This document shows, in pieces, positions 44,026 to 56,932 of a stretch of DNA of 64,000 nt. The stretch is taken from positions 1 through 64,000 of the forward strand of contig JADEYG010000001.1 of NCBI GenBank assembly GCA_016906335.1, in the 5' to 3' direction. The number at the start of each line of letters is the position of its first letter. The stretch's first letter is position 1. Below the pieces are notes generated by a model that saw only the letters and a list, made by a program, of their open reading frames with translations, did not search any database and was not told the origin of the DNA. The position numbers and the translations under genes are program-made. The DNA is from Novakomyces olei (Eukaryota).

Positions 44026-46017
44026 TCACAAAACATACAGGAATTCTGGGTTTTCTCTGTCTGTTAAATCAAGGAATTCCTGGTTTTCAACGTGCTTGTA
44101 ATCAGGGCTGCGGATTATCTTCAACTTCTTTTGGTTCATCCACCAGCAATAAGCCCATATTATGATTTGCACGCCGCACTGCAAGCAGAGCATGATTAGT
44201 GTAACCTGCTTGGCCGTGCGGTAGTATGGCGCTTCACTATTTTTGGCCAGATGAGGGCCAATAAGATTGCCCACGCAGTAAGCGACAAGGTTCATTGCGG
44301 ATACCGTACTTTTCTTCGTGTAACCGGCCGTGTTTGTCGTAATTTGACTCAGCATCAACGTCCACATACAGGCACTGGTGCCTGTCAAATAAAGACCAGT
44401 CAATTGGGCGCCTTGATTGCCATTAGTGTACCGGTACATCAATCCATAGCCAACCAGGGTTGGCAGCATAGAAATAAGGGCAGCCAGATTACGAGATCTA
44501 AACTTGTCGGCGAAGAAACCAAAGAATACAGTGCTAACAATTTGCACTGCTCCAGTTGGTGCACTGTACAACAGACTTTGAGCATCATCGAGGCCCATTC
44601 CCACAAGAATGAGGGACGTGAAGTTTGTAGACAAACCATTAGGAATATCCGAGAATATTGATGCCAACACATACATCCAGCACAATGGATCCAGAAATGC
44701 TTCAATGCACTGGTACTTTTTGAAATGCTTGTTTTTAAGGCCCTGATTGTTTTCGCGCAGTCGTTCAACTGCCACGACACGTTCTCTCGGGGTCAAAAAG
44801 CGCGCAACCGCTGGAGAATCGGGAAAGTAAAAATAGAATAGAGCACCAAAAATGATGGTTAAACCACCACTGTAAATAAATACAAACTTAAAGGGTGGAA
44901 CTGCCGTAAAATTGTTGGCCTGAGTTCCCGTGTAAATTGCGTATGTCACGACTGCACCCACTATTTGCGCTGCTCCATTAAAGCAAAACCAGATACTGAG
45001 ACGGCTAGCTTGCTCGAATTTCCGATACATTGTGCCCGTGCACAGCATGAAGCCGACAGTGACACTGCTTTCCAGCATACCAAGAGCTGATATATTAGCA
45101 TATTGATAATAATAAAAAAAATAAGCATTTTTTTTTTTTTTTTTTTGCGGCTCTGTCCACTATTATGAGAGCATTTTGTTTTTAGAATTCTTATCATGGA
45201 CTCATACCCAGTCTAGCGGCAATCATGCCTGCAAAATTAAAGCAAGCCGCATGGAGTATGAGCACTGCGCCCCACAGCATTAAAAACGAGCCCAGCGCTT
45301 TCGATACTGGTAAGCGTTGTAAAATCCATGCTACAGGAAATTCAGCCGCAAGGTACCCCAAGTAGAAGGCGCTTCCAAGCCATTGGTAATTGTCACCTGG
45401 ACGTTAGATTTTCATAAAACAAATGTTATGAAATGTACAAAGAAAGCAAACCGATAAAATAAAATCGTGTTGGACAGAGTAGAAGGTATCTGAAGGATTT
45501 ATTCCCAATTTTTAATAAAAAAAAATATAAGAGATTTCAATTGCAGTTATTTTTAATAAAAAAAAAATAAAAGCAGTTAACATTTCGCACGCTTACCCTT
45601 CAAATTAAGTGTCTCGTTGAGCCCCATGACGGCAGTGTACCCAAGACTAGTTTTATCGAGAAATTGCCTGGCGGTTAGTACAAGCTTACAATTAATTTTT
45701 CGGTCAATATTCCTTCACATTGATAATTCAATTCGCTTTCATTTGAATACTTACAGGCCATAAAGAATACACAGGAGCGGCAAGACATGTAGATCAATTT
45801 TCCAACGGACACGGCGCTCTTCTTCTGGCGTTACAGGCTCATGAACCAAATTGTTTGTCTCGTACAAGAACTTGAGAGCCTCGTCGACATCTTCGAGTCC
45901 TCTGGTGCCAGTTGTTTCAATTGATTCTGCAGTCCCATTTTCTTTAACCTCCATTTGGCCGGCATTGTTTAGTACTTTTTCCGTGGCATTGTTAACCTTT
46001 TCTGTGGTAGATTCCAT
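44026..46017 (-). CDS. MFS allantoate/dipeptide permease (Dal5-like), multi-exon
   Basis: KID..VLPL, FLDK, PDSP..ARFLT.RE, NTAGYTKK, GNLIGP, FLDLTD.EN.EF.Y. Confidence 0.9.
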
Positions 46018-46926
46018 CGCCGCAAACAAATGGCTGTGTGCTTTTTTTTTTTTTTTTGATGCTTTTTATGTCCAAAATTTAGTTTTTTATATCTGTTTTA
46101 AACTTTGCTCGTACCTTTATAATTCAAAAAGCCGCTCGGTTTTGCTTTCCTGATCGACGTACGGATAAGCCTAATAGGGAAGATTTTTTCCCTCTTTATC
46201 AGAGACACCAGATTAGATAGAAGCGCATGAATGCGTGATTTACTAACGAGAACTTATGCACGATAACAATGCTTTGTGCAACTAACGCTTATCCGGTAGC
46301 GCAACCAACGGAGCTTCATAGATCACGCGTGCATATTGATAACGAATATCTGTTCCCCTTTACTGCTTTTCCAGGTTTGTCTCTTGGTTTATTCCTGTAT
46401 CGGTTAAACTTTTGTCTATTTGATTAGCTCTATACTGTCTTGTTCTTTCCTTCGATATCTTCTCGCAGCACGGACCTTCTGCTCGGCTATCTGTGCAAAC
46501 AAATTCGCGGCATGAAATCGCGTTACCCAATCTGATAAAAAATTTACTATAGATACGCGCTTTGCTTCTTCTAGCCAATTTCTTTATCGTTTCCCGAATA
46601 GGACGATTAGCCCCACAAAGCCGGAGAATTATGCCTTGCGCCTTATTCCCTATATGGATAAGGAGCTGGTTGAACGTAAAATGAACGGAAATAAGGGGGC
46701 TTTAAGCTCTGAAAGCCAGGTCCCGCATTACTTATGCATTAGTCATCGGCCTTCGATTTCTCGCTTAATTTTCTGCGTAAAATCCGTACCGTGACCAAAT
46801 TGCATTTTACGGCACAAGTGAAATGTTACAAGTTAACCCTAACTAACCCTTATTCATTTTTACGTATTATTTTGATTAAACTATACTTCACCTATAATGC
46901 ATCCACCCCGCCCCGTAATGACACCC

Positions 46927-48642
46927 TTATATTTCCCGAACTGCAATCCACGCAAAATAAACAAGACCCATACTTACACCGAGTTCCATTGTACACGACC
47001 ACGCTCGCCTAAATCTCGCCCTCATTTCCTGGGCCAGTTCAAGAATTCCCAGCGGATCGCGCACATTAATGTGGAGTAAGCGCCGCCACGACCGGCTTTG
47101 TCGGTAGACTGTAACTTTCTTGCAATAAGACCGAGAGGCCATCTCCTTTCCACACTTTTTCGGTCGCCCATTTTTGTTGTTATTCGGCCACCCACTCAGA
47201 TACTGGACGCGACGCTCAGCACGACCACGTCTTTGTAGCATATTTAACCAGTTTGCGTCTGCTTCATCGTCTGCACTAAGCACAACAGGCCCCAAATGTT
47301 GTTGTGGCCGTTGAGGGAAAAGCTGCCCATTCAGTCCTAAACCATGCTGCCGTGAAATTGACGGACCTAAAATATCTCTCAATGCTGCATATTGCCTCTC
47401 CCTCCAACTCAGAAACTTGCAGGCTGTTTCGTGGCGGAACCAGTCGGCGTGATCTGCATTGAAAACAAGCTCAATCAAGCCAGAAAGGCTCGATGCGTCA
47501 ATACTCTCCGGTTCCTTGTCCGGCAAACAAACCGTTAAGGGTAAAAGGGGCGGCTGATTGGCTTCATTGTCCAAATTGTGGAACAGCTTTTCATACGTAT
47601 TACCAAACAAAAAGCAGTGTGCTTTGGCCCGAGCCAAGTCTGTAAGAATAGATTTCTGTAGTCGGCGTAACGATTCTGGATCATCGTTGTTGGCAACAAC
47701 GACAGGAACTACACTGGCAAACTCACAAAGCCGGTTTATAGCCCAAATATCGTGTCTTCGTACGGAGCCACGAAATACGTATAAAACGCAATCGATGTTT
47801 GACAGTCCTCCGTCTGAAGAGCAAAGTAGGCTCTTTATAAACTCTCGCACGTTCCTGTTCCCCCCATCATGTGCAAAAAGCGAGTCTGTAGCCATAAACT
47901 GCCGCTGCACGTACTGCAAGGCTGATTGGTTTTCGTCTTCAATTTTACAGTGAACTACAGTAAGATTTGGAAGCAAAAGCAGCCTCGGGCTTTCTGCCAT
48001 CTGGTGAGAAGAGTCCACTAAATCATCGACCCCTGCTGCTGCCTCTGCTTCCGCCTGTAAATGCCACTGCGGTAGCCGGGAAGTGCATCCTTTTAAAATG
48101 GAATAACGAGCATAGCGTTCATAATCAATCTGTATAACATCAGCATTTTGCTCGAGCAGGGCTGCAGCCAAAGAAGCCTTTGTGGAGTCAGGCTGGCCGG
48201 CCACATATACCCGCATATGACCGACGCGTTTACCGTTCTCTGTCTCCGTTTTACGTGCGCCGAGCAGACGAAGCTGCGGCATAACTAGGCAAACATCAGC
48301 GTCCGCTTGCAGTAGCGGAGACTGCTGTTGTGAGTTTAATGACGACTGGTTTTGTGCAGGCGATGTTTGATTCGGGAATTTATGTTCGCCATTACGAACA
48401 CTCGGCGAGGCCAAAAGCAGAGACGATGAGGAAAAAGAGGCAGAGCAAGTCGACCCTTGATCAGGAGAACTCAAGACTGAAGCTCCCACCGTGTTTGGCA
48501 TACTATTGACACCAAAATCGCTTGAAGTATCAACATCGCTGGCCGTCTCTGTCCTTATTGATTCACTGCAATAAGGCGACGCCATCATGCGGCTATTCGC
48601 GCTTCTCAGTAACGGATACGACGGCACTCGTGTCTGAGCCAT
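46927..48642 (-). CDS. Divergent septin-like GTPase-fold protein with C-terminal hydrophobic segment
   Basis: VYVAGQPDSTKASL (degenerate P-loop); IDCVLYVF..DI..INRL....VVPVV. Confidence 0.6.
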   Translation of the reverse strand: MAQTRVPSYPLLRSANSRMMASPYCSESIRTETASDVDTSSDFGVNSMPNTVGASVLSSPDQGSTCSASFSSSSLLLASPSVRNGEHKFPNQTSPAQNQSSLNSQQQSPLLQADADVCLVMPQLRLLGARKTETENGKRVGHMRVYVAGQPDSTKASLAAALLEQNADVIQIDYERYARYSILKGCTSRLPQWHLQAEAEAAAGVDDLVDSSHQMAESPRLLLLPNLTVVHCKIEDENQSALQYVQRQFMATDSLFAHDGGNRNVREFIKSLLCSSDGGLSNIDCVLYVFRGSVRRHDIWAINRLCEFASVVPVVVANNDDPESLRRLQKSILTDLARAKAHCFLFGNTYEKLFHNLDNEANQPPLLPLTVCLPDKEPESIDASSLSGLIELVFNADHADWFRHETACKFLSWRERQYAALRDILGPSISRQHGLGLNGQLFPQRPQQHLGPVVLSADDEADANWLNMLQRRGRAERRVQYLSGWPNNNKNGRPKKCGKEMASRSYCKKVTVYRQSRSWRRLLHINVRDPLGILELAQEMRARFRRAWSCTMELGVSMGLVYFAWIAVREI

Positions 48643-48728
48643 TGCAGCGTAGGTAAAGGCAGGCGGGACGAATAGGGTAAATTGGGTTAAAAAAGGTCAA
48701 AAGCACACGTCGACCGAAAATTGTATTT

Positions 48729-48877
48729 CGACAATAATATTTTGACAATATTTGGTCAATAATATTTTGACAATATTTGGTCAATAATATTTGATCAATA
48801 ATATTTGGTCAATAATATTTGGTCAATAATATTTCGACAATAATATTGGGTCAATAATATCGCGACAATAATATTTT
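48729..48877. repeat. Minisatellite, ~14-bp unit CAATAATATTTGGT, about 11 copies
   Basis: Direct read upstream of the septin-like gene. Confidence 0.9.
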
Positions 48878-49882
48878 CAGCAGCGCTCTAACGCTGCCGG
48901 ACTGTGACCAGACGGCTCAAAATTGCTGGCAAGAGTATTCAAGCTGTACAGGTATCGCAATAACCGATATCGCGTCAAACGCCCAGAGCCAAAGACGATA
49001 CAAGTGCAAAAAGGGCTAAAGACTACGTTCGCAGTCCAGCGAGAAACGGTCTCCTTCCGACTTGTCCACCCACTCTGTCCCGCTCGCGTCAGCCCTTTCC
49101 GCTGCTCGCTACTCGCCGGTAAAAGTCCAATACTACGAACGTTCGGTGTGCTGCGAGTAATGCATCAACAGGGCGCCAAATACGCGCGGATGTAGTATAG
49201 AAAAGCCACTAGAAAACGTGGCAAAAATTAGAGCGAGAACAAAAAAGGGAGGTGGTGACGAGGAGCAAGCGTATTAGTTTAGTCAGCACGCGTCCGGCTT
49301 GCTTGCGCTTTTAGGCACACGATAGCCTTAGCCTTGACTTAAAGCGAAATCGCGAGATTATGGATTAGATCAAAGGTGGGGCCGTTCCGTGAGATTTTTG
49401 ATAAGCAATATAAATTAGACCATATATACGCAGACGAAACATGCGCGCGCGATGATAAGTTTGTGCAAGTAATGTAACTTATATCTGATTAGATACACAT
49501 TAGTCATACACATCATAATAATAATTTCTGCGGATAACGTCACACACTTTAACCAAGTAAGACGAAATACGCGTGACGCTGTAGTGCTGAAATCGGTACT
49601 CTATTAATTAATAATTAAATCGATAATTACCAGTCAATGGGACTATCTGCAGCAGAGCCAGGCGTAACATCATTAAAGATCAAATTAAGAGTTGTTTAAA
49701 GGCGAAACGGTCTCAACTTTTGATTTAAGTATAAGCTTGTTTATTTAAGAATTAGTTTATATATTTGAGAAATAGTTTATTTATTTAAATCTTATTTTAT
49801 TTATTTCAATCTTATTTGATCTGTCGAATTTATTGTTCATTTTATTTATCAATTAGTCTTTATTTAATATTTAATATACAAC

Positions 49883-52384
49883 CTATCGTCGCCACGGTGC
49901 ATGAAGACCCTCATCGTCGTCTGCTCGTCTTTTTGCCGGCGGAGACGCTGGTGAAGGAGACCGGGAATAGTTCCTTTTATACCTCTGTGTACCGTGACGG
50001 CTTCTAGGCGACCAATGGCGCTCATCACGGCCACGTCTATTGTATGAAGACCGGCTCGCTGATCGGTCCCGACCCCGATCTCGCCTTGACTGCACCCGCT
50101 CTCGTCCCGGTCGAGGCGGTAATCGAGAATAGCTCTCTGACCTGTCTTGTCGACCAAAACTGCTGTTGCCATCTCTCCTTGACCTCGAATCCTCTCGCCG
50201 GTTACGCGGAGACGAATACCGTCGCCCTCGCGAATTGTACTCTTTTGCACGGGCAAACCTTTGCCTTGAATCGCGGGCCAAAGACCGAGACCGAGACCGA
50301 GACCGAGAAAGAGATGGGGAACGGGAAAAAGATCTTGAACGAGAAAAAGATCTTGAACGAGAAAAAGATCTTGAACGAGATGTGCCGCGTAATCTGGGCG
50401 AAGGAGATCGTGAGACTGAACGCGAAACTGAACGCGAAATTGAACGCGAAACTGAACGCGACCTCGAACCAGAGTAAGATGAATAAGAGCTCACTGAGCC
50501 AGAGTCACTATAATAACTGCTAGCAGGAGAGGGCGAGCGTGAAGGCTTTGGGGGTAAAGGTTTAGGCATATTAACAAGATCCTTTCGCATTTGCTCTGTG
50601 ATTGCACCCAGGCCGATAGAAGTGAAAAAATTAATAGAAAACCGGGTATTTCTTGCATCGTCAAGCGGAAATATTCCACCCCGCAGGGCATCTGCTAGTT
50701 GAGGGTCCTGAAGACGCGTATTCAAAGCCTTCAAGCCCAATGTTTCTGCTAAATTTTGGAAAAATATTTTAATAAAAATACGTGAACTGCTTGTCGTGTC
50801 CTCCTCTGTCAAATGCACGAGCCCTAAAACCTGCCAAGAAATAGAGTCCGAGGACAAGAGATGCCCAAAGAACTGTCCGATATTTCGCAGCCGGCTAATC
50901 TCGTACCGATGAATAGTGGAATAGTATGTTCCAAAGGCCTGTTCAAAGCACTCCCTCCACATACGATTCAGTTTACAAAAGCGTTCACCAATTAATCCGT
51001 AGAATTTCAAGTACGTGCGCTCCTGCGAACAACATTCAATAATCATGTTACACAACTCAATCTCCTGGCCAGGGTTTATTGAAAGCTTCATGAGCTTATG
51101 GACACACTCCTCGTGATCGACACTGGACATTATAGTAAGATAAATGGTTTTCCGAAGATTTACAAGGTTTGTATTGGTCTCATCTCGAATCTGCACCTTT
51201 TGCCCAGCTGCAGTTCCCGGTTCTCCAGCTCCAGCAGTGCCGTCTGCCTCCTCTTCCTCCTCCTCGTCACTAGAATACTCGCTTGCACTGCCATCCTCCT
51301 CACCCTCGCTGTCCTCACCCAATATTTCTGCCCTTATTTTACCATAATGGTCCTCGTTTTCGAGATAGTCTTCGTCAAACTTGAAAACGTTCAGCCCTTC
51401 TTGGCCATTCAGCTCATCGTCCAGGCTCAAATAGTGCGTTATCTGATCGTCTTCTTCAACAAGATCCAGTTCCTCCACCATCTGGGGGTTATCTTTGAAC
51501 CCATCTTTGCGAACTTGAAACAGCACTTCAATCATGTACTGCGTTCGTTTTTCAATGGCTCCTTCGTGCAAAATGGCCCTAAACCGATCGAATATTCCAT
51601 TGCTGGCTCGCGGGGAGACTTCAGCCAAAAGCTGCCCTACTTGCCGCATAAATCCAACCGCAATTTCCACCGAATCATCACTAGGCCGCTCTAGCAAAAG
51701 CGCGAGTATCTGCAACACTACAATTTCATGTGCAACCCGGAAATTAGCCAGTTGCCCGATAAACATGGAACTGGAGATACAGGCCGCCTTATCATTGCGC
51801 CTAAAGCCTCTGCGAAACTGTACGACTAATCGGGAGAGTAAGAGTTCGCCTATCTGTGGCAGTTTGGTGTTTATAACGGCCACAATAGCAGCGTATATAG
51901 GCGTAAAAGGCAGCGCTGCTGCCTGAGCTCTCATAATAGACCGGCAAAAGAGACCACGGCCACGGATTAAATTAGCCTGAAACAGCTCTGGTACAATGGC
52001 CTTGATATTGGCCTTGCTGGCCTTGTTTATTAGACCATTTATGGCCTTTCTCAATCCTTCCCACTGGATAATCTGATACTCACGAGTGCTCTGGTCCGTA
52101 AACTGCGCCTGCAACGCTCGAAGCCGAGCCGGTGGAACGTATGTGCCCCCTGCACGGGTCTCCATAAGCCTTTGAAACTCGGCTTTTGCATCAAATACTT
52201 TGCGCTCGTCTGTTTCTCTTTCGCTCTGCCTTTCCTGAAGTTGCCGCTCACGTTCGCGAGCTCGAGCAGGATCGACATCGGGTAAACGTACTCTGTCGTT
52301 CCTAAAAGACGTACCGTTCGGCGACGAGCTTCTGCGCGGCAGAGGCGGCCGCTCAACGACACTTTGCACGGTTTGTTCCGCCAT
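49883..52384 (-). CDS. CWC22: Pre-mRNA splicing factor Cwc22 (MIF4G + MA3, RS-rich tail)
   Basis: GGTYVPPARLR, WEGLRKAINGLINK, IYLTIMSS, ECCSQERTY, NTRFSINFFTSIGLG. Confidence 0.97.
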   Translation of the reverse strand: MAEQTVQSVVERPPLPRRSSSPNGTSFRNDRVRLPDVDPARARERERQLQERQSERETDERKVFDAKAEFQRLMETRAGGTYVPPARLRALQAQFTDQSTREYQIIQWEGLRKAINGLINKASKANIKAIVPELFQANLIRGRGLFCRSIMRAQAAALPFTPIYAAIVAVINTKLPQIGELLLSRLVVQFRRGFRRNDKAACISSSMFIGQLANFRVAHEIVVLQILALLLERPSDDSVEIAVGFMRQVGQLLAEVSPRASNGIFDRFRAILHEGAIEKRTQYMIEVLFQVRKDGFKDNPQMVEELDLVEEDDQITHYLSLDDELNGQEGLNVFKFDEDYLENEDHYGKIRAEILGEDSEGEEDGSASEYSSDEEEEEEADGTAGAGEPGTAAGQKVQIRDETNTNLVNLRKTIYLTIMSSVDHEECVHKLMKLSINPGQEIELCNMIIECCSQERTYLKFYGLIGERFCKLNRMWRECFEQAFGTYYSTIHRYEISRLRNIGQFFGHLLSSDSISWQVLGLVHLTEEDTTSSSRIFIKIFFQNLAETLGLKALNTRLQDPQLADALRGGIFPLDDARNTRFSINFFTSIGLGAITEQMRKDLVNMPKPLPPKPSRSPSPASSYYSDSGSVSSYSSYSGSRSRSVSRSISRSVSRSVSRSPSPRLRGTSRSRSFSRSRSFSRSRSFSRSPSLSRSRSRSRSLARDSRQRFARAKEYNSRGRRYSSPRNRREDSRSRRDGNSSFGRQDRSESYSRLPPRPGRERVQSRRDRGRDRSASRSSYNRRGRDERHWSPRSRHGTQRYKRNYSRSPSPASPPAKRRADDDEGLHAPWRR

Positions 52385-52771
52385 AGCAGGAGTTTGCCGT
52401 TTGCCTATTTTATTTATTTTTATGCGCAGTATATAATACTAGTTGTTCTTTGGCAATACTATTGTTACATTACAAAAAGTACACTGGTACATACGAAATT
52501 GTTTTAATATAAATTAATAATTAATTAATTAAAATTAAAGTACACAATATTATAAATAAAATATGATATTCTTTAGTATAAAAAACAAATAGTAATTTAT
52601 AAATTATACTGAAAATCATACGTGAGGCGGTCTTGCAACCGGTCGGACTGAAGAGGCGTAGATGAAATACGAAAATAGTCTATTATACAACCAAAACGTG
52701 CACGGCTCATCCAATTGGCGAAAGCGCAAGTAGAGATTATCTTTGCTACCAACATTTGTCCAAAGCCATGT

Positions 52772-54138
52772 CTATAAATAGTCAAACACACTGCCGAATA
52801 CTTGACTGCTTTTCAAGGGGATCCGTATATCGCCCTGGGCCTCGTTCAAAAGCTCATCTTCGTCCCGCACAAACCCGGCCCAGTTTACTATCGCCAAGGG
52901 CTTCCCCGCTTCTTTAGCAGTACGGACAAGTCTCAGGGCAGAGTAAGTGGTCAAACTCGAACCCACGACCAATAATTGATCAGCAGTATCAACCGCCTTT
53001 TGCGCAGCCGTACGCCAGTCTAAAGGCACCTGTTCACCAAAAAAGACAACAGACGGTTTTAAAATCCCCTGACCAGAAACCCAGGCTCCGTCCCTATCAG
53101 CTGTTGCCCTTTTATGGGCTACACACTCAGGACAAGCAGGGTACCTAAAGGTCTCGTAGATTTTTTTATTGTGAAGCTCAACATCGCCATCCGCATTTGT
53201 GTGCTGAGCGGAGGCGCTTGAATATACAACATTAGGGTTTAAACGCTGCAAGTCTTGTTGAAGTGCCTTTCGCGACTGCTTGTGACCACAGTCCACACAT
53301 TGTACCCGGTGGAGTGAGCCGTGGAGCTCTGTAAGAGCTGAAGAAGGTAAACCTTGCTGCAAACCATCAACGTTTTGCGTCACCTTTGTAATTAGAAGAT
53401 TAAAGACGGCATTGGTGGATTTGCAATTGAATTCAAAATGATTAGGAAATGAAATCATATTAAAAAAAAATTATTAGGAGACGTAGATTGAAATGGCATA
53501 GGCAATACAAAAGCATTTCCAAAAAAAATATCTAGTAATAAAGCAAAATTTTAATGGTCAGTTACGATATGGCTCAAGTACCCTCGCTGCAGCAGCTGTG
53601 CGATAGCTATATGCGTGCTATTGGGTTTTGCTTCTAATACTGGAGGGTATCCGTAAAACTGAATTGTTAGAAAAAGGCGCATTAAATAAATACTTATTGG
53701 CGGATGCTCCTGTCTGAGTACATGCAAAAGCATAATTGTACCCTTACAACACAACGAAAGCTCTGAAAACTAAAATGTTTGTCAAAAAGAGCAATGCTCG
53801 AAGCAAAACTGCACCAAACAAGAAAACGTTATAATACTCACACTTCGCGCCCAGTAACGCTGCCGCCACGGATGACGCGTACAAAATTCATGATAAAAAA
53901 CAGGTCTATAATGATCACTCTGTCTATACGTGCCTTGAGGGCCGCGGTAGTCGGGAATCCCACTGTCAGTAGACACACCGGCTCCAGCGAGTAAGCAAGT
54001 TTTGTTCCTGCCTCCACTATCCCGCGCCAAGAACCGAGCCAAAGCTTGTGCTGCTACTTTCGGTGAAGTAGCAGCTTCGGCAGGAATACTTTTCACTAGT
54101 GCTGATGCTTTGTTTGAACCATAGGGTACACGGAGCAT
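52772..54138 (-). CDS. Sirtuin, class II (SIRT4-like), multi-exon
   Basis: GAGVSTDSGIPDYRG, RQRYWARS, TQNVDGL, ELHG..C..C, LKP.VVFFGE, VGSSL. Confidence 0.9.
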
Positions 54139-54837
54139 TTTATTTTCCTGCGAATGTAAGGTTAGGCCGTGTCGCACTCGCTCATAAAACTGACAATTTC
54201 AAAACATTGTCCACAGTCAACTCAGGCGTTGGCGACCCTTGATCAATATACTTAATTTTAAGATTATTGGCGTTCGCTTGCTTTGGTTGAAAAGCACAAC
54301 GAGACCTTATCGATCGCTAATGATTGCCCCAAGGCAATTACGTCGATAATTATATATTACGGGTCAGCTATGCGGACGGGGCCCCGTGTATTTATTAGAC
54401 CATTAAGGGGGTCTTTGATTCAAGCGACAAAATGTAGAGAGAATGAATAATTATTTGTTTAAAGTTCGATAATAATGTGGGCTTGCGTTTATAATCTATG
54501 CACAAAATAGCACCGATTTCCAGTAAATTACTGGCGATAAAATGATTTACGGGCGTTTACTGAGTTCGCCCACCCAGAGTTGTATCTTTTCTATTACGTA
54601 GTTTGGTGCAAATTGCTAGTTTCAAGGAAATGTTATTGACATATGCACAAGTTAATGTACTAGACCCAAGGCCAGATTTCAAACAAATCCCTAGTCTGTG
54701 TCTTCAAGCCACAGCTGCATATAAATATGAGGGGAAACAATTGGATTTTCGAGCGTTCGTACAAAGATTTTGTACAAAACAGACGAATAGTAAAAAAAGG
54801 AGAATAGTGCAAAACTGCTTATGAACCTGATGTGCAG

Positions 54838-55854
54838 TCATGCAAACAATCCAGCCAGACCTAACCCAAGCCCAGCTCCGATGACTAACGCAATAGCATA
54901 CTGGAGCACGTTGACAATAGCGACCCTCATAAATCGTGTGAAAGGCCGATGACCGAGAGCTCTCTCTTCAGCCATGACTGTCTGCAGCGTTGCAATAGGC
55001 CCATCGTACTCTCGTGAGATGGGAACAATCGGTCGGAATTCCGGGTCGAGTGCAAAAGCTTGAGCGGCCACTGCTCTCAAGTAGACGACTCTGAGCGGCA
55101 GTAAGAGCAAGAGTACGCAAGAAAGGCTAAAGAGTAAGAGTAAAGGAATCTGTATTATACGCCAGGCGGTATAATTAAGCTCGAGTTGGCGTGCAATAGC
55201 AGCCAACCAAGACTGCGACAGAGCGTAGCACACAATACTTGTAGTGCGCGAGAGGCAGTTTATGGCCAGCAGGGGCAGAATCAAATTAGGCCAGGAGCGA
55301 TAGGCTTTAAGCAAAGTCCACAGCTCACGGAACCAGTAATTTCCCTGCCGGCCGAGCATAAGTTTAACACGTATAATTTCAAGTGGCAGTAGTACTGTAG
55401 TGATTAAAAGCGAGGAGAGCAGGACAATGACAGCAAACGAAACCTTCCAACCTATCTTGTTCTCTCCCGGGATGGGAACATTTAAAGCCCGGGATAAAGG
55501 CTTTGTAAAGTCCAAGGCGGCGGCGAGAGACACGTACACCAAGTTGATGGAAAGACCCCTATAAAATGCTCGCCAGCCGTCGATACTACGCAAGTACCGG
55601 AAAGCAGAGCGAAGAGTACGCGTGTAAAAATCAGTGTTTCCTCCACGCTTGCTGTTTCCAGACTCAATATTCTCAGGCGCTTCCGGTCCAGGCGCAAGAT
55701 CGTCGTTAAGGTCGCCCACTGCCTCGCTTGTAGCTAATGACGCATAAGCTGTATTTCCTTCTGGTACAGTCTCCGTAGCCGTGAGCAGCTCAATCACGGA
55801 AAACGGGTACTTTATAGTGTTAGACAGACAGGAAAACAAATAGATTGACGACAA
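54838..55854 (-). CDS. Fungal multi-pass membrane protein of unknown function; start uncertain
   Basis: Long hydrophobic ORF with YPFSVIE and TLRSAFRYLRSIDGWRAFYRGL. Confidence 0.65.
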   Translation of the reverse strand: MSSIYLFSCLSNTIKYPFSVIELLTATETVPEGNTAYASLATSEAVGDLNDDLAPGPEAPENIESGNSKRGGNTDFYTRTLRSAFRYLRSIDGWRAFYRGLSINLVYVSLAAALDFTKPLSRALNVPIPGENKIGWKVSFAVIVLLSSLLITTVLLPLEIIRVKLMLGRQGNYWFRELWTLLKAYRSWPNLILPLLAINCLSRTTSIVCYALSQSWLAAIARQLELNYTAWRIIQIPLLLLFSLSCVLLLLLPLRVVYLRAVAAQAFALDPEFRPIVPISREYDGPIATLQTVMAEERALGHRPFTRFMRVAIVNVLQYAIALVIGAGLGLGLAGLFA

Positions 55855-56932
55855 AATTGATCTTGAAATTCATTTTCACTTGATTGATTGATTTTTTATT
55901 CATCTTTTTATTTCATTTATTCATTCATTAATCCATCCATTATTATCATGTTCCTTTAACTTTGCTTTTAGACTTTGGTGTTTCTTGGCAAACTTACGGC
56001 CGTCATTTCGAGAACAAGAATTGTCAAAAGGGACACTGCGACCAAAGCAATCAAGGCAAATTGTTGGTCTCCGTCGAACGCCATTTTGGCGTTCGAAAAC
56101 AAGCAACGAATCAACCGCGTTCAGTGTACAACGTCACAGCTAAAATAAGCGCGATTTAGTGCCCTTCACCTATTTCGTTTTAATCTTGTGCCAAATTGTG
56201 CCAAAATTCAAACTGGGGATTACAACTGCTATTGTATATATTACTTTGTCGCACGTTACTACTGACGTTATTCGTGCACCGTATATTAAATGGATTAGAC
56301 TATATTGAATGGATTAGGCTATAGCCAACAAGCAATTAACGTTATTCAAGTAGCAGAAACAGCCGCCGCTCGTGATTCTCATACATCGCTGCTCCGACGC
56401 TCGCCTCCAAAAATTATTCAATCTCCTACATTTCGTCGCTTGAATCAAATAAATTTTTTAGATTATAAAAAGGTTGCTATTCATGTATGACGGACGCGTA
56501 ACAACAATTTACGTGTCAGGAGGCTCATCATACCTGTGGCTCATACCCCGTTTCTTTTTATGTAACAGCGCTGACCACGGTACGATGCCTCGCACTTTTT
56601 ACATACAAAATAAGATCTAGCACTTATTATTGTACAATGTGTCGCGACACAGTACACTTTTTATGTTGCACGAGACAATCGTCTAAAGTTTCGTGACATG
56701 ATTGATTGCTTGGAGAAATACGCTTATTTTATACTATTGACTGAACCCATTTCTACGAAAAATGCAGTAGAATTCTGTATAAATCGTTTAGGATTTTTAT
56801 ATTCTGTATTGTCTATAGAACAAGCATACTGATATCATCACCGCCATATATTAGAATAAATAGATATCAAACTATCTAACTATCTATATATATATCTATA
56901 TATATAACACACGACCAAAATTTTACCATACA

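Noticed and set aside
49864-51926. Several overlapping ORFs within CWC22
   Set aside because: Shadow frames of a low-complexity RS/acidic coding region.
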